Source: Chiloscyllium plagiosum (taxonomy: Eukaryota). Taken from it: a stretch of DNA of 49,613 bases. The stretch spans positions 61,307,145 through 61,356,757 of the forward strand of contig NC_057718.1 in assembly GCF_004010195.1 (NCBI RefSeq), given 5' to 3'. The notes under the pieces were generated by a model. That model saw only the letters and a list, made by a program, of their open reading frames with translations, did no database searches and was not told the origin of the DNA. Each line of letters begins with the position of its first letter. Position 1 is the first letter of the stretch. Of the stretch, positions 1-13,900 are shown piece after piece. The translations under genes and the position numbers were made by a program.

Positions 1-178
1 CTACTACCGCGTCTCCCTTGATCGGTGCGCCAAACTACTACCGCGCCTCCCTTGATCGGTGCGCCAAACTACTACCGCGTCTCCCTTGATCGGTGCGCCA
101 AACTACTACCGCGTCTCCCTTGATCGGTGCGCCAAACTACTACCACGCCTCCCTTGGCCAAACTACTACTTGGCCAAA
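1..178. repeat. 34-bp CpG-rich minisatellite (CTACTACCGCGYCTCCCTTGATCGGTGCGCCAAA), 4 full units plus 2 truncated units; probably continues left of the window
   Basis: Units start at 1, 35, 69, 103 and 137, abut directly with no spacers, and decay into shortened copies. Confidence 0.95.
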
Positions 179-267
179 CTTCACATCTAGATTACTAGCC
201 CAGTAACAGAACCACCAGCTCATCCCCCTAAGATAATTTTAAGATGATAGAATAAGATAAGAAAGCT

Positions 268-1703
268 ATGGCATCAGAAATAGTATTGACAGAAATTAAT
301 TTGCCAAATCAACAAAAAATAACACAAAGGTGGTTTTCCTGGTTAAAACGATTCTTGATGTATCGAATAGCTTTGAAGCTGAATACCAGGGAAATGAACT
401 TCTGTACTCAAATGGGACAATAATAGATGGTGTTATTGCTCACCAAGGAGGAAAAAGAAGCAGCACATTCAAAGAGATATTGAAAGCATTTGACAATTAA
501 TCTAACCTCAGAATGAATAATTTTTTTCAAAGAGCAAGAATTAGTTGAAGAATACAGCATCCTGGGAATCTATGGGTGATTTTGTTAATGATCTCTACAG
601 ACAAATGGAAAGCTATCAGAATGGTGACTTAAAGTCAGAATTCATAAGATCCACACGGTAGAGATTCTATCAACAATATAATAAGTTGCTATGGAAATTA
701 CTGATGAGTCTTTGTCAGATACTTTACAGTCTAAGGAAAACCTAATTCCCAAGAAAGCTATTTACTAAGTGAGTGAAACAAAGGTGTGGAAGTATCAAAG
801 GTCAATGCTAAAAACCAAAGTTGGCACAGGAGATCTTTGGAATCCATTCAATTCTTAAAGTACCGAACAATGAAAAACATATGTGATAAGCATTGCAGAC
901 ATCAAACTCAAAATGCCCATGTGTATGCTATGGATCAAAGAAACTTCACTTGTGCGAATTGGTCCAGCTTTAAAATAGAGTGCTGCTATTGTAAAATAAT
1001 AGATTACTTAAAGGAAATGTGTCAAAGAAGGACATGGAAAGCAAAAAGTTAGGAAGCAACCAAAATAAGCATGATCAAGCTCCAGGAGAAGACAAATAGA
1101 CAGTTTTCCTCGAGGAGATTGGTGACCCAGACCAAGCATTTCGGCAAACTGACATTTATGTCAATGAGTATCTCATTAATTTTAAGTAAAACACTGTTAC
1201 TGTTGACAGAATTTCAACTACATGGTCCAAGGGACATGCACATAAAGTTATGTGAATGTTACAGGCAGCTCTCCAACATAGGGGACACCAAATATGAGAA
1301 AATCTATGGGTACAGAGGAAGGAGATATAAGTTGAACACACCCCCATTTCAAAAGGTGAAGAACTATCCCAATTCATGGACTGAGAAAAGATATAAAGTC
1401 ACACACCTTTTACACCTAGGAAGATATCACATCCCTTAATCGAATAACTTGAAAACCAACTTGCAGAAACAACAAGACTAAGTGTTATTTCCCTAATCAC
1501 AAAATTAACAGAAGCAAGTTTGAGCATGGTTACTGTTCAAACTAGTATTCAAATTTGAATTGACCTTATACAACTCAACAAGACAGTATCAAGAGAAATT
1601 AATTTCAGTCCATGGTTGAAAAGAGTCCAGCTAAACTATCGAAGAGTAGACTTTCAACAAAGTTTAACACAAACTAATTCTGACACATGCTATTGGACAA
1701 TTG
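268..1703 (+). mobile_element. Degraded Ty3/Gypsy LTR-retrotransposon gag-protease-RT relic
   Basis: Frameshifted fragments lie in gag-pol order: YRIALKLN..LLYS-G, DESLSDTLQSKENL..KKAI, a degenerate zinc knuckle CCYCKIIDYLKEMC, FLGEI, protease-like DIYVNEYLINFK, and RT N-terminus RYHIPL..IDLIQLNKTVSRE..AKLSKSR. Confidence 0.8.
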
Positions 1704-1829
1704 GGAGAAAGTGAGGATTGCAGATGCTGGATATCAGAGACAAAATGCATGTTGCTGGGAAAGCACAGCCAGTCAGGCAGCATCCGAGGAGCAGGAGTTT
1801 CAACGTTTCAGGCATAAGCTTTTCATCAC
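1704..1829 (-). mobile_element. Short Penelope-type terminal-repeat element with degenerate hammerhead core
   Basis: Similar to the copies at 38348 and 49467; the minus strand reads GTGATGA-AAAGC-TTAT-GCCT-GAAACGTT. Confidence 0.75.
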
Positions 1830-3152
1830 AAATAACATTAAGTGAAGATACAGAATGAGGTTCAGCTACTAACAATTAGCTAATTGGTTTGTGGAGTTGT
1901 GACCTGCTATGGATATAAAAAAGCATCTGCCGACCAACAATTCTGTGGTTAGCTCCTTGGAAGGTGAAAAGTCTGTAGATGTGAATGATTCTGCCTGAAG
2001 CCTTTAGACCTCAGGAAGAGAACATGCATCAGAGCATATCTGAAGTCTGAAAAAAGCCAGTTTATGCCCTCTACCCATTGCTGTTAGCTGTTTCTTTTAA
2101 CCAATATGTTAGAGACTTTATAATTTATGCCTCCAATAAGGTTGTGAAAAATACCTGGAGAAGAGAGATTAAATAACAACAAGTCCTGCTAAGCAAAATA
2201 AACATTTCAACAAATCCTGTGGACAGCGGCCATTGAGCTACCTTCCCTGTTGTCTTCTTCCATCCAAAACACCAACTTTTTAAAATCTCTGTGGTGCCCT
2301 GTGTGTCTGTGTAAAGCCAGGTTGATAAGGGCAGTGGTGGTGTTTTAACTTCATAGGCTTATAAGTTGAGCGTTCATAGTTCTTTACCTATAACAAGAAT
2401 TAATTTATTTCTAATAACTAGTAATTTTTTGCTGAATCCAAAACCTGGTCCAAAACCTGTTAACTTTCATTTACCAAGACAGATAAATTGGAGACTTTAC
2501 ATTCTTTAATGAAATCTTTAACTTTGGTGACAACTCTAGTGCTTAGCATAACACAGTAATGAGGTATGACATGGAGCATACAACCATCAAACTTAAAATA
2601 AGGATGAGAGGAATTATATAATAGTACATGAAGAGTTCATGCAATAACATTGCTGCAAATAACCCCCAAATTGTAATGGTGATTGGTGGGTCATTGCCAT
2701 TTTGGTCAGTGCACTACGTTCAATGTGTTGAAACTGTGAAGGTCTTAAACCAGAACTGCAATACTTGCTGAAGCTAAGGAACTGAATGTCTGCTGAATAA
2801 TTTGCAAAGGGTTGAACACATGGCATATTACATAGGTAGGTGAGTAAGAGCAACACTTGGTGACTTACTGCTGATTTGTTTTCCCACCCTGTGGGGAAGC
2901 ATTTAAGCTCTTCTCACTGCCTCCTCCTGACAGTATGTCTCAGATTGGGAAACTGCTTGGGAAATTATAACCAAGAACCCACTTTTCTCCATTCCATTGT
3001 GCAGCATGTTGTGGCATCATCTCTTGCAGATTTCTCCCACGGTATCTCTTTGTCCAACTTTTTCTCAACTTATCTCTTGCTTTGTCAATCAGACTTTCCT
3101 GTTTATGCATATTATTTTGCTCATTTTCTAATAACTTCTTTTCTTATGGGTA

Positions 3153-3977
3153 ACTGGAGAGATCTTGATCAATTGAATTAATGGGCTGGAGTGTGGCAGT
3201 TGGAATTTAAGTTATTATTGTACTTTGGTAAAACAAACAAGGGCGGAACTTAGACAATGAATGGTAGGGCCCTGGCGAGTGTTGTAGAACAGAGAGACTG
3301 AGGGGTTCAGGTGCATAATTCTTTGAAATTTGCATCACAGGTAGACAGGGTGGTTTAGCCCACCTGCCATCATTGCTCAGACATTTGAGTATAGGAGTTG
3401 GCACATCATGTTGAGGTTGTGCAAGACATTGGTGATGCATTTTCTGGAGTACTGTGTACAGTTCTGGTCGCCCTGTTATAGGAAAAATATTACTAAATTG
3501 GAGATGGTTTAGAAATGATTTAGTAAAATATTGGCAGGAATCGAGAATTTAAGTTATAAAACTAGGTTGCTTAGGCTGGGACCTTTTTCACTGGAGCGTA
3601 GGAGGTTGACTTTATAGAGGTTTATAAAATCCCGAGGAGTATATGGCAAATAGCAAAGGTGTTTTTCCCTAAGGTGGGGGAGTTCAAAACTAGAAGGTAT
3701 ATCTTTTTAGAGTGAGAGGAGAAAGATTTAAAAAGGACAGGACAGGCAATGTTTTTACAAACGGAATGGTTAGTGTGTCAAATGAGCTGCCAGAGAATGT
3801 AATGGATGCAGATCCAACTACAGCATTTAAAAAACATTTGGATAAGTACATGGATAGGAAATGTTCGGAGGGATATGGGCCAAACACAAGGAGGGGAGAC
3901 TACTTCAGTTTGGGAACATTGTCGACATGTTGGACTGAAGGGTCTGTTCCAATGCTGTACAACTGTATAACTCTATA
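3153..3977 (+). mobile_element. 5'-truncated CR1 LINE (HER1-type) ORF2 C-terminus and 3' UTR
   Basis: RDLDQL..W, LEYCVQFWSP (CTGGAGTACTGTGTACAGTTCTGGTCGCCC), LFSLERRRL, FKKHLDKYMDR, and a 3' tail like that of the HE1 SINEs. Confidence 0.9.
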
Positions 3978-4654
3978 TCAATTGAATCCTTTGTATGCAT
4001 TTTAAAACAAATAGCAATTTATGTCTTGTAAAATTGAACTTTGTTTGCTCATTGTTTACAGTCAATGTGTGTATTCAAAGCTCAGTGAGATGCAGAGAGA
4101 GGCAAAGGAACAGCGAAGTGAAAGTTACAGTGAAATATTTATACACTGTAGTTCTTTTCCTGAGAACAATTTCTCCCCTTTCTTGAATCACTCCTCTCAA
4201 TTTAATATTAGCAAGACCTCTTCTCTCATGATGCAAGTGAATATGAAGAAGTGTAGAGCAAACCAAGGTTCCAAGGGTTAGTTCTGCAGAAATGTGCAAG
4301 CAGGTGATAATCCTGCAATGTGTTACTGGGCATCACAGGATTCTCCTGTGTCAAGACTGATTCTAAACCTTAGGATTATATAAATTAAGCAGGATGTCCT
4401 GGCAGCGGAGTGATTCTTGTGAATTTTGTAACTCTTGTTTCTTCACAATATGGCTGATCACCTGGACATCTTGAAAGCAGTGTGTCTGATGAAAGACAGA
4501 AAGGTCACTTGTGAGGGGTGCACATTCCCATTGCTGCAGCAGCGTTTCCTATCAAGCATCCAGTCAAAATGCAGTAAAGATCTGATGATAGATCACATGG
4601 AAAAAAGTAGCCTGATGATACGGTGGATTAAAATCCCAACCACCATATCATCAG

Positions 4655-5050
4655 AGAAACATAGAAATATTGAGAATAGGAGCAGGAGTAGGCCATCAGC
4701 CTCTGAACTTGCTCTACCATTCAATATCACGATGGCTGATCATCCAATTCATTACTCTGTTCTCACTGTCTCCCTATATATTTGGTCCTTTAGCCCTATG
4801 AACTATATCTAACTCCTTCTTCGAAACATTCAATGTTTTTGCCTCAAATGCTTTCTTTGTTAGAGAATTCCATAGGCTCACCACTGTATGGGTGAAGAAA
4901 CCTCTCCTCATCTCAGTCCTAAATGGCTTACCCTCTGTATCCTTGTGTGTCCATTGATTCTGGACTGCCTGGCCATTGGAACTGTCCTTTCTGCATTTAC
5001 CTTGTCCAGCCCTGTGAGCATAGTCCTAACCATTCCAATTCCTCTTCATA
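4655..5050 (-). mobile_element. CR1 LINE 3' fragment
   Basis: Reverse-complemented CR1 3' end (GGAGCAGGAGTAGGCCATC..., GAATTCCATAGGCTCACCACT, CTCCTCATCTCAGTCCTAAATGG); similar to 36630-37060. Confidence 0.8.
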
Positions 5051-7532
5051 CACCATACCATCATGTGGTAAACTTAACATATATACTTTCCTGTTTTATA
5101 AGGATATAGAAGACTTGAACCTTTAAAATGTTCTAGTTATTAAAATGTGACATCATCATGTCATTACCCCCATATTTAAAATTTCACAATCAAATGGTTT
5201 GAATTTGCATGTTAAATTTAAACCTGAAGATCATCTCTCAGGTGTAGTTCATTTCCAAACAACAAATTCAAAATATCATTTCCTCAAAATGTTGTGTCAG
5301 GAAACAATCATTGATTGTATCAATAAATGACTCTTGGGTGCCTCACATCTCTTGTCCATGTCTCTTAAATGTTCACTTTGTCAGTGCACTATTGAAATTT
5401 CTTTTCCCTATTGTCTTTCCTCCATTGCCCACGTATTGGCTTGGCTGCTCATCACCAGGTGCTCAACCCTGCACTCTGGTACTTAAGTTGCAGTTAGATT
5501 TTCCGCAACGTTCAACTCTACTTGCAGCAAAGAAGCTATGGAGTGTTAGTGGTGTCAGGGGTTGGGGGGGGAATGGTTGGTTGAGAGTGATGGGGAACAT
5601 GTTGCAGAGTGGCAGAGCATGAAACATTGGTGGGTCTGAGTTTGAAGTATTTGAGAAAAACTGATGGAATCTATCCTCACAGATCAGAGAAGGACATTGA
5701 CCTTTATCCTTCAATGCTCAATATTCCTCCAGATAGCTGAAACTGCATTAACCTGGTTGGCAGCCTTACACCAGAGTGACTTGGTCTGCATTGTCTGGTG
5801 TCATTGACTCCACTGCTGGTCCCTGGGGAAGGATGAAGTTCCACACTGGCTCAACATCATCCAGCAGGACATATGGGATCCTGGTAACAAAGCAGGGCAC
5901 CAATTTCCCTTTGTCTACCACACCTGAGGCAAAATTCAGGCACTGTGCAATGCAGCTTCAGACTATTAGAACATGTCCAAGTGTATAACGAGCTTTTAGA
6001 AATTATCCAGGCCAGTGAATTCTGGGATATCCAGTGAGTAGCGAGTTGTTCCAGGATCCATGCCTGGTAAGGTGCGATGGAAACCCAATGTCAGTGGCAC
6101 ATAGGGGCATGGTGGGTAATTAATTAGGAGAGCTTGTAAGATATGGTGAGAGGACTCACTAGGCCATGCAGTGAAAAACCCTCCAAAAAGATGACACAGC
6201 TTGGATGTAGCCAAAAAAATATAAGTTTTAGCTCATGTAGCAGATTGTGGCATTTCTAATATGGTTGACATTCTCTGTTGAAAAGCCACAGTCATTTATG
6301 TAATTCCAAATGAATCTGGAGCAGGAGGCATAAGGATATTTTTTTCTCTTGATTGGACAAATTCCACAAAATGTAGGGCCTTGTCAACTGCACTCAAGTT
6401 GCAGTTTGTACACCTCGTCATTAACCATATCAGATTCAGTGCACCCATTGTGAAAGCTTTCAGAATGCATAAGCAATGCTATCAATGCTGAGAATATTCA
6501 GAGTACACCTTGTCATATTCTCCTGTGTAAGCTGGAAGAACGAACATCACAATGACATGTGCCACATATTACTCCATCAACAGAGACCTCGCAAAAGATA
6601 TGGATTTTTGTTCAGTTTTTCAGATAATTGATGACTAAACGCAAAGTGCTATATTTAGGTTATATAAGACTTTGGTATATCCTCTGGATCTAACTTTGGT
6701 CCTGCATGTTAAGGGATATCAAGGCTTTGAAGAAGATATCCCCTTGAATTTTGCTTCTTTGTTTTCTTAAGGATAGACTCCAAAAGATAGACAATTTCAC
6801 TTTGGAGAATTAAAGATTTTGAAGTGTTGACATGCATCAACACAAGTATGCATGCTTAAAGCCACCCCTCTCACTTTCACAACTTTGTACATGTTATATC
6901 AATACAGTACTGTCCAATGACAAAATTTGCAACATCTTAAATATCCGATTGAAAACTGTGAATATGGTTCATAATAAAGGTCGCAGTAATTTTAGCGTCT
7001 GCATTGCCTTGTTCACCATCCCCAAGTCTTCTTCCTCACATCCTTTCAGTAAACTTCGAACACTGAACCAGTCCTGATGTGATCAATACCACACACGCAG
7101 CTAGTTTGGACCTAAGGTTAGTGGGCCATCCATTGCTTCCAGACAGGTCATCTTATTTCTCAGGATGCCATCAAGACAAATGGCAAAATCAAAAACTGGG
7201 GAAGCTATGCAAAACCTATGTTCAGATTTCCTCACCACATAGCAATGCATACTTCCTGTTTGCAAGTACTGATGATGAGACAACTCTCTTCTTAACTCAT
7301 GAGTCTGCCACTGAAAAGGTGACATTCTGTCAGTTCCATATCAGCTTTCCCAAAGTTCAAATGGTAACAAAGCTCTATGAGGTGGCAAGCAGAATGCAGA
7401 AAGTAACTCCTGGATTATGTGTGAAGAAATGGTATCATCAAGGAATGAAGCTCTTCTGGAAACAGGATCATTCCAATTCAAAGAAGATACCAAGCAAATC
7501 AATTCTTGAACAAACTAGACTATGCTGTAAAT

Positions 7533-7985
7533 AAGGTTAAAAATCTCACAACATCAGGTGAAAGTCCAACAGGTTTATCAGAAATTACAACTTTTGGATC
7601 GCTGCTCCTTCATCAGGTAGCTGGTGGGGCAGGATCATAGGATGCAGAATTTATAGCAAAAGATCAATGTCATACAACTGATGTGATGTATGGTTTGGAG
7701 TTCTGGGATTTACATATTAATCAACCGAAAGCTGCATTCCCATTCAAAGTGATTAAAGACTTAACTGCAATCTAGGTATGTTCAATACATCGCATCAGTT
7801 GTAAGACACTTTGATCTTTTACTATGCATTCTGTGGCCTATGATCCTGCTCCACCAACTACCTGATGAAGGAGTAGTGCTCTGAAAGCAAGTGCTTCCAA
7901 ATAAACCTGTTTGACCATAACCTGTGTTGTGTGATTTTTAACTTTGTCCACCCCAGTCCAACCCCGGCACCTCCACGTAATGGCT
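7533..7985. mobile_element. Penelope-type element forming a long inverted repeat (arms ~7533-7690 and ~7786-7944), each arm with a hammerhead-like core
   Basis: The arms are reverse complements, e.g. CTCCTTCATCAGGTAG / CTACCTGATGAAGGAG and ACAACTGATGTGATGTA / TACATCGCATCAGTTGT. The core at 7862 reads CTGATGA-AGGAGT-AGT-GCTCT-GAAAG. Confidence 0.85.
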
Positions 7986-8929
7986 AATAAGTAAGGTGCT
8001 CTCACATCCAAACAGCAAAATAAACAAAGGTTATTTCTTCATTAAGGATCACCAAATCTGTACTGTTGATGCTGTGTCATTATGTTAAAATTAAAGTTGA
8101 AACGTTGGCGTTTTGCAAATCTGTATGAGAATCCATTAAAGTAGATCATAGTGACCTAACTCCCTGCCCCCTTCTACCTGCATTAGATTTCATGTATATA
8201 GGTCATCCTCATATTTTATAAGTTATTAAAACCAATTACATTAAGATCCCTTGCTGGCTGTATCTTTTTATTCATCTGTGAGCTTGACCTGGTTTACATA
8301 AGCATTCGCAAAAAAGAATATTACTATTTAACTCCACTAGGCAGTATGACACTTTACCTTCTCCTCACAGGGCACAATGGCCCTTCACCACTGGTTAAAG
8401 GAAAGCTGTGGAACAGAGATCCATGATTCAAGAACTGACAATATAGTTCCAACTTTCCCAAATACAAATGAAAAAGGATAAGCAGTAGAGCTGAATGCAT
8501 TCAATTAGCATTCATTATCACACAATGCTATTTTCAGTTTCAAAAGAGAGTTCAGACAGGAAACTATTACGAAAGCCATCAGCTGAAGCCATGGACTCTG
8601 TGGAGTTTTAACTTTGTTCCTCACACACTTTCTTACACAGCATATTATACCTTTCATAGATCCTTTTACATTGTTCCAATATCATCACTGCTTATGTCCT
8701 ATTTCACCAGCAAGACAGACTCACAGGTGTAAATGGGTGGCATAGTGTTGACAGTCAGGAAGGTGCAGTTCGGTATGCCCTACTGAATACCATCGTCTGT
8801 CTTTCCTCAACTAATGAAAGAGCACTCCTCAGTTTTTAATTATCCTTCAAAGAAATACTGATGGCATTCAGTAAGAGCAATGTATTCTGGGTGGGGAAGG
8901 TTTCCAGAGGATTTCCCAACATAGAAGCC

Positions 8930-10425
8930 AGTGTCCAGTAAATTCAATTCACTTCATGTGGTACCAAGATACAGCAAAGGTTCTGGGCTCAATCCCAATT
9001 GCAGTGCTCCAGAACTAGCTGGGTATCTTGCTAAGCTACTTCAGTACAGATCCAGCACTGGCAGGTGTCTACATTCTGTGAACGATTGCCAAGGGATGTC
9101 CTGTCCACAAAAAGCAGGACAAATCCAACCTGGTCAATTATCACCTTATCTGTGTATTCCCAGTTATCAGCAAAGTAATGGCCAGTTGTCATTCACTGCG
9201 CCATGAAGCAGTGTTTACTCAGGAACAACCTGATCACTAACATTCAGTTTGGGTTCTACCAGGACAACTTAATTCTAGATCTCAGTGCAGTCTTGATCCA
9301 AAAATTGTCAAAACAGCCAAATTCCAGAATTACTGCCCTTGACATCAAGGGAGCAGTTGACTAAATTTGAATTACAAAACCTTATTGAAATTGAAGTCAA
9401 TTGGAATTAAGGGTTGTACTGTACTGGTTGGATTCATAAAGGAAGACAATTGTGGTGGTTGGAGATCAATTATCTTAACCCAAGAGTTCCTCTGGGCAGT
9501 GCAGTAGGCTCAATTATCAACTGCTCATTAATGGCCTTTCAACCAACATGAAGTCAAAAGTGCAAATGTTCGCTGATGATTGCACAATATCCTGTACAAT
9601 TTGCAACTGCTGGATATGAAGAAGTGTGTGCCCTCATGCAGAGAACCTGCACAATATCCACAGTTGGGATGATAAATGACAACTAATATCAAACAAACGC
9701 ATCAGGCAATGACCACCTTCAGCTACAGAAACTTTAATCACATCCTCTTGATATTTAATGATATTAACATTATTGAATAAATTAACGTGACAACAATATT
9801 TTGGGGGCACTATTGACCAGAACGTTAACTGGACAAGTCACATACAGATTACAGCTACAAGAGCAGCTCAGAAACTGGGAACAATATAGTACGTGACTCA
9901 CTTCCTGATTCCCAAAAAGCCTTTCCATCATCAACAAGACATGGGACAGCAACGTGATGAATATTCTTCAATTACAGCCTGAACAACACTCAAGAAGCTG
10001 AACAGCATCTGGGTTGAAGTAATTAAATTGGTTGGCACCCTAATCACTATCTTAAAGTTGGCTCCCTCTACCAATTGCACTCCAAAAGATACAGTGTGTC
10101 TTATTTCAACGTGCACTGCATTAACTCATCACAACGTCTACAATTTTCCAAATCCTAAATCTCTACAATGACAAATCCATTGAACTTCCACCATCTGTAA
10201 ACTTCCCTCCAAGTCTCACACCATCCTGGCTGAGAATTATCTTGTTATTTCTGCACTGTAGTTGGTCAAAATCCTGAAATGCCCTCCCTAACAACACTGT
10301 TGGTGCACCTTCACAACACAGACAGAAATGGTTTAAGAGAATGATTGAACAGCAGCTTTTCAAGTGTAATCAGGCTTGAGTAATAAATACTTGCCCTGCC
10401 AGCTGTGTTCACATCTCATGAATTA
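8930..10425 (+). mobile_element. Degraded CR1-clade LINE, RT domain to 3' end (second family, same as 41330-43220)
   Basis: APELAGYLAKLLQY, CPVHKKQDKSN..NY, QFGF, TALDIKGA, VPLGSAVG (PQGS-like) and MFADDCT (ATGTTCGCTGATGATTGCACA, ~9566); the 3' tail matches ~43000-43220. Confidence 0.85.
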
Positions 10426-10599
10426 TATTTTTTAAAACATAGGATGGACTACAGATGTAGTTATATCATGAGGGAGGTCTGAAACCTATGGATCCTGCAT
10501 CATAACCTACTTAAAGCCCTAATTTCCTTCCAAAAATGTGATGCTCATTATGGATACAGTTCACTGAGATAAAAGTAACATACAAGAACACAAAAGGAA

Positions 10600-10910
10600 A
10601 GATAAATTCCACTGATATTGCAATTTTACTGTCCTCATAGAACACCCAAAGGGTTTCACATTAGTTTGAAGTTTGGTCACTGTTGTATTGCTCGCAAATA
10701 CAGCACAGATCTTACAATGAGATGAATGACCAGATAACTTATTTTGTGTCGTGTTGATTGGCATATAAATACTTGCTCAGACTCCAGGAGAAATCCACAT
10801 CTTTTCTTTAATTAGTCCAGTAGAATCTTCCACATAAGCCTGAGGGAGCAAATATGGCCTTTTTAAAAATACAAGTCTTATCCAAACAGCATGAAGCATT
10901 ACTCTGTAGG
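10600..10910 (-). mobile_element. Ancient Deu-domain SINE (SacSINE1/AmnSINE1-like), degraded
   Basis: Resembles the reverse Deu core as I recall it (..GAATCTTCCACATAAGCCTGAGGGAGCAAATATGGCC..GTCTTATCC) and its flank AATGACCAGATAA..GTTGATTG. Confidence 0.55.
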
Positions 10911-13900
10911 TTAATCGTTAGTTCTTGAGCTTTTAAAAGTGTATTCTACACTTTTTCAAAAAAAATTATTATTATTTTTACATGGCCTTATCAAGCTGAC
11001 ATGAAGTTTGGGGTCCTAAAAGTAGTATTTCACTGCAGTGGGAATAACTAAAACAATGTAGATCAACATATGAGTCTGTACTCATTTGCATTGTTTAAGA
11101 TCCTGAATTTGCCTCTTTAGTTGTTGGGTACATAAAATATACAATGCAGAGCCTTTCACTACAGCAAGACTGACAAACTGAGGAAGCCCACTCACCATTT
11201 CCCCTACTTGCATATTAACCTTTCCCCCCCTGTGTGTCAGCATGTTCAAACTCACATCCAATGGGCTGACAGAATGCCTCCCCCTGGATTCACCTGCTGG
11301 TCCCTCTGTGAGTACAACCTAACACATTTGCCTGTCACCAGCAAAATTCTCACTGTTTTCATCTCCTGTGACTTTTGGCATAATGTTTGTTTTAATAACT
11401 GAAGTCATCCCCAGGCTTTGAGAATTAAAGTTGTCGTTGGCAAAAGAGTAGGAGAGAGTATGCCTCAGAAAATAGCTAAATATCATGTACCTTTCTGATG
11501 GGTAGAATTCTTTAACAGTTAACACATTTTGAATAACCAGCATTAGTGAATTCAATTGTTTTGATCCCCTCTCCCAATAAGCTGATTTTCTCAGGTAATA
11601 TTAGCCCAAATGTTCAGTCTTTAAGCATAACCTTCATCTGTTTGTTGCAAGATACTATTCACCTACAGGGAAGAATTACAACAGAGCCTGATCATAACCT
11701 CACATACTGCCCACTCAATATACACTTTCTAGGAGATATGATTGGGTCACTGTTGAAACTGATTCATTTTATTCTAAATCCCAATTTATTTGCACTAAAA
11801 CCTACTGCTGCTTCTTCTGAGATTAACTATTATTCCGACCTAGTCCACCTTCCAGAAAGCAGAAAGGTATTTGTTAGATGTCTCTTTTATAGTCTGTCTG
11901 ATTTTCAAAGAAGATTAAAATTGGGAAGGATGCAAAGAGGGACTACTGAATTCCCAAAGAGAAAAGCCAGGGAAACTAATCGTATTGGAGTTCCGTTTTC
12001 AGGTACCCCAGACAAATCGGACTCATTTGCATTATTTTGAAGTTTTACTGTTTTTTCTCTTTGAACCACTGAATATTTTGTTTTATTTTGAATGTTGTCA
12101 TTTTGTTTTAAAATAAGCCCCCAGTAGTTAGATTTGGGAATCTTGGGGTTCACACTCCCACATACATTTTTCCATTACAAGCACATTGAAGGAAGCAAAT
12201 TCTGATGTGCTTTTAGTGCAGGGATCCCAATTTGTCTGCAGTCTACATTCAATGTTCAATATGGCAGACTCAAATAATCTATGTTAGGCTTACATGGAGG
12301 TTTCTGGGCATCACCAATCCAATGCAATGCAAAAACACCAATTCTATTTTATTTTCTTCTGCTGAACACCATGCAAAGTTAGTCTTCAAGGCCTCCTGCT
12401 ACATAAAGCCTTTCCCCAGGCTTCAACAATCCCTCTGAGAATACCAAAGGCCCCTTTTTCTCCATATGTAAATGTAGTGCGGATGATCTAGCCCCATGTT
12501 GATTTTGATGCCTTTATTCATCTCTTACTGCTGCTTCCAGAACTGCTTGATAAAGGATAAGGCTCAGAGAAACAGCAGTAAGACCCAAACTTTCCAGTTG
12601 AATATCATTTTCTCTCTCTAGTTCAGCCCTGGTACAATTACAATTGTAGGCTTTAATCTCTTCGTCTAGAAAAATGAATTGGAATTAGTGAAGTCACAAG
12701 GCTGTCCACATGTTACTCTATTTCAACTGATACCAAAAAGGAAAATCTTGCCTCAGTGTTTTACTATCTCCATGGTTTACCTGAACCTTGTCTTTCTACC
12801 CAGTGCGTTCCCTGCTTGTGCCCTCATGCATAAATTTTAATCTACGGTAAGCAACTGTTCTCCCAATTAGAAATTTTATTCTGTCTTCACGTTACTGAAG
12901 CACGTTGACCACCGGTGGTACAGAGGCATGGAGGACCAGCAGTTCTTATGGAGAGTTCAAACTTGATTTTAATTTCACAACATGCTGGAAGATCAGTATG
13001 AATGGGCATAGTGTGATTCTGCACCAGAAAACATCTAATGACCCAGACAGCAGGTGATGCCAGAAGTGTGAGTAACCTTGTGAGAACTTTGCACTGGAAA
13101 CCTGGCCCAAATTTAAGACTCCGTTTAGAGTTAATTAGAAAACTCATGAAAGCTGAGAACAGGAGATGCAGACAAGTTAGTGAGTTTAGACAACATTATG
13201 CTTGTTTCAGGGTTTTCTTTAACTACTGTTTACAAAGTGCCATTAACAACCAACTATACAAAGGATTTTAAATACTTGTGTGGTTTTTGAACTCGTATTG
13301 GCATCCTGTTCTACACAAAGCTCCATTTGAACTTCAGAAGTGTCAGGCTCCAGCTGATCAGCGTGAGAGTGTAAGTGACATAATAAAAAAAAGTGTGATA
13401 TACTAATGTTAATTACAATGACATTTGGAAAATCTGCGTGTGTTGCAGAGATCACACGGCAGTACAAATGTTCCGATTTTATTCATACAATCCAAACATT
13501 CCTACTTATCTATATACATCACTAATTCATTGGCTTCCATGCAATGTTAGTCGACAAATGTTTTAATACGTGTTTCCATGATTTTTACCTATTATTGTAA
13601 TAAACATATTAAAAATCAGCTTTACTTCAAACACTTAACCCTTTTGATGCCTTTGCTAAAATAACAGAAAGTCGATTCTTCTGCAAACCTCCCAGTAAAG
13701 TAATACACTAACAATATTCGACCATTAGGAATTTGGGATATCGAATTTGGAAAAGCAGAAGGTTGCATTTGGGGGAAAAAAAATCTAATGTGAGAATAAG
13801 TACAGTGTAAGTAAAGTTCTAAAAGCAAGAACTGATTAATTCACCTTCAGCCATAAATAGTCTGGTTTTAATTGTCAACCTCCATGGGCTAGAAATTTAT

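Noticed and set aside
1..178. CRISPR array (34-bp repeats)
   Set aside because: The units abut with no unique spacers, there are no cas genes, and the context is vertebrate.
1890..2550. Solo LTR next to the Gypsy relic (ends ..CATAACA)
   Set aside because: There is no second LTR, primer-binding site, polypurine tract or TSD to support it.
4580..4620. C/D-box snoRNA (TGATGA..CTGA)
   Set aside because: The boxes are too close together, with no terminal stem or guide evidence.
7079..7534. 151-aa ORF; WIMCE/KWYH fragments hinting at a PHD finger
   Set aside because: No recognisable domain in frame, the PHD-like pieces are in different frames and too short, and an ORF of this length can arise by chance in 50 kb.
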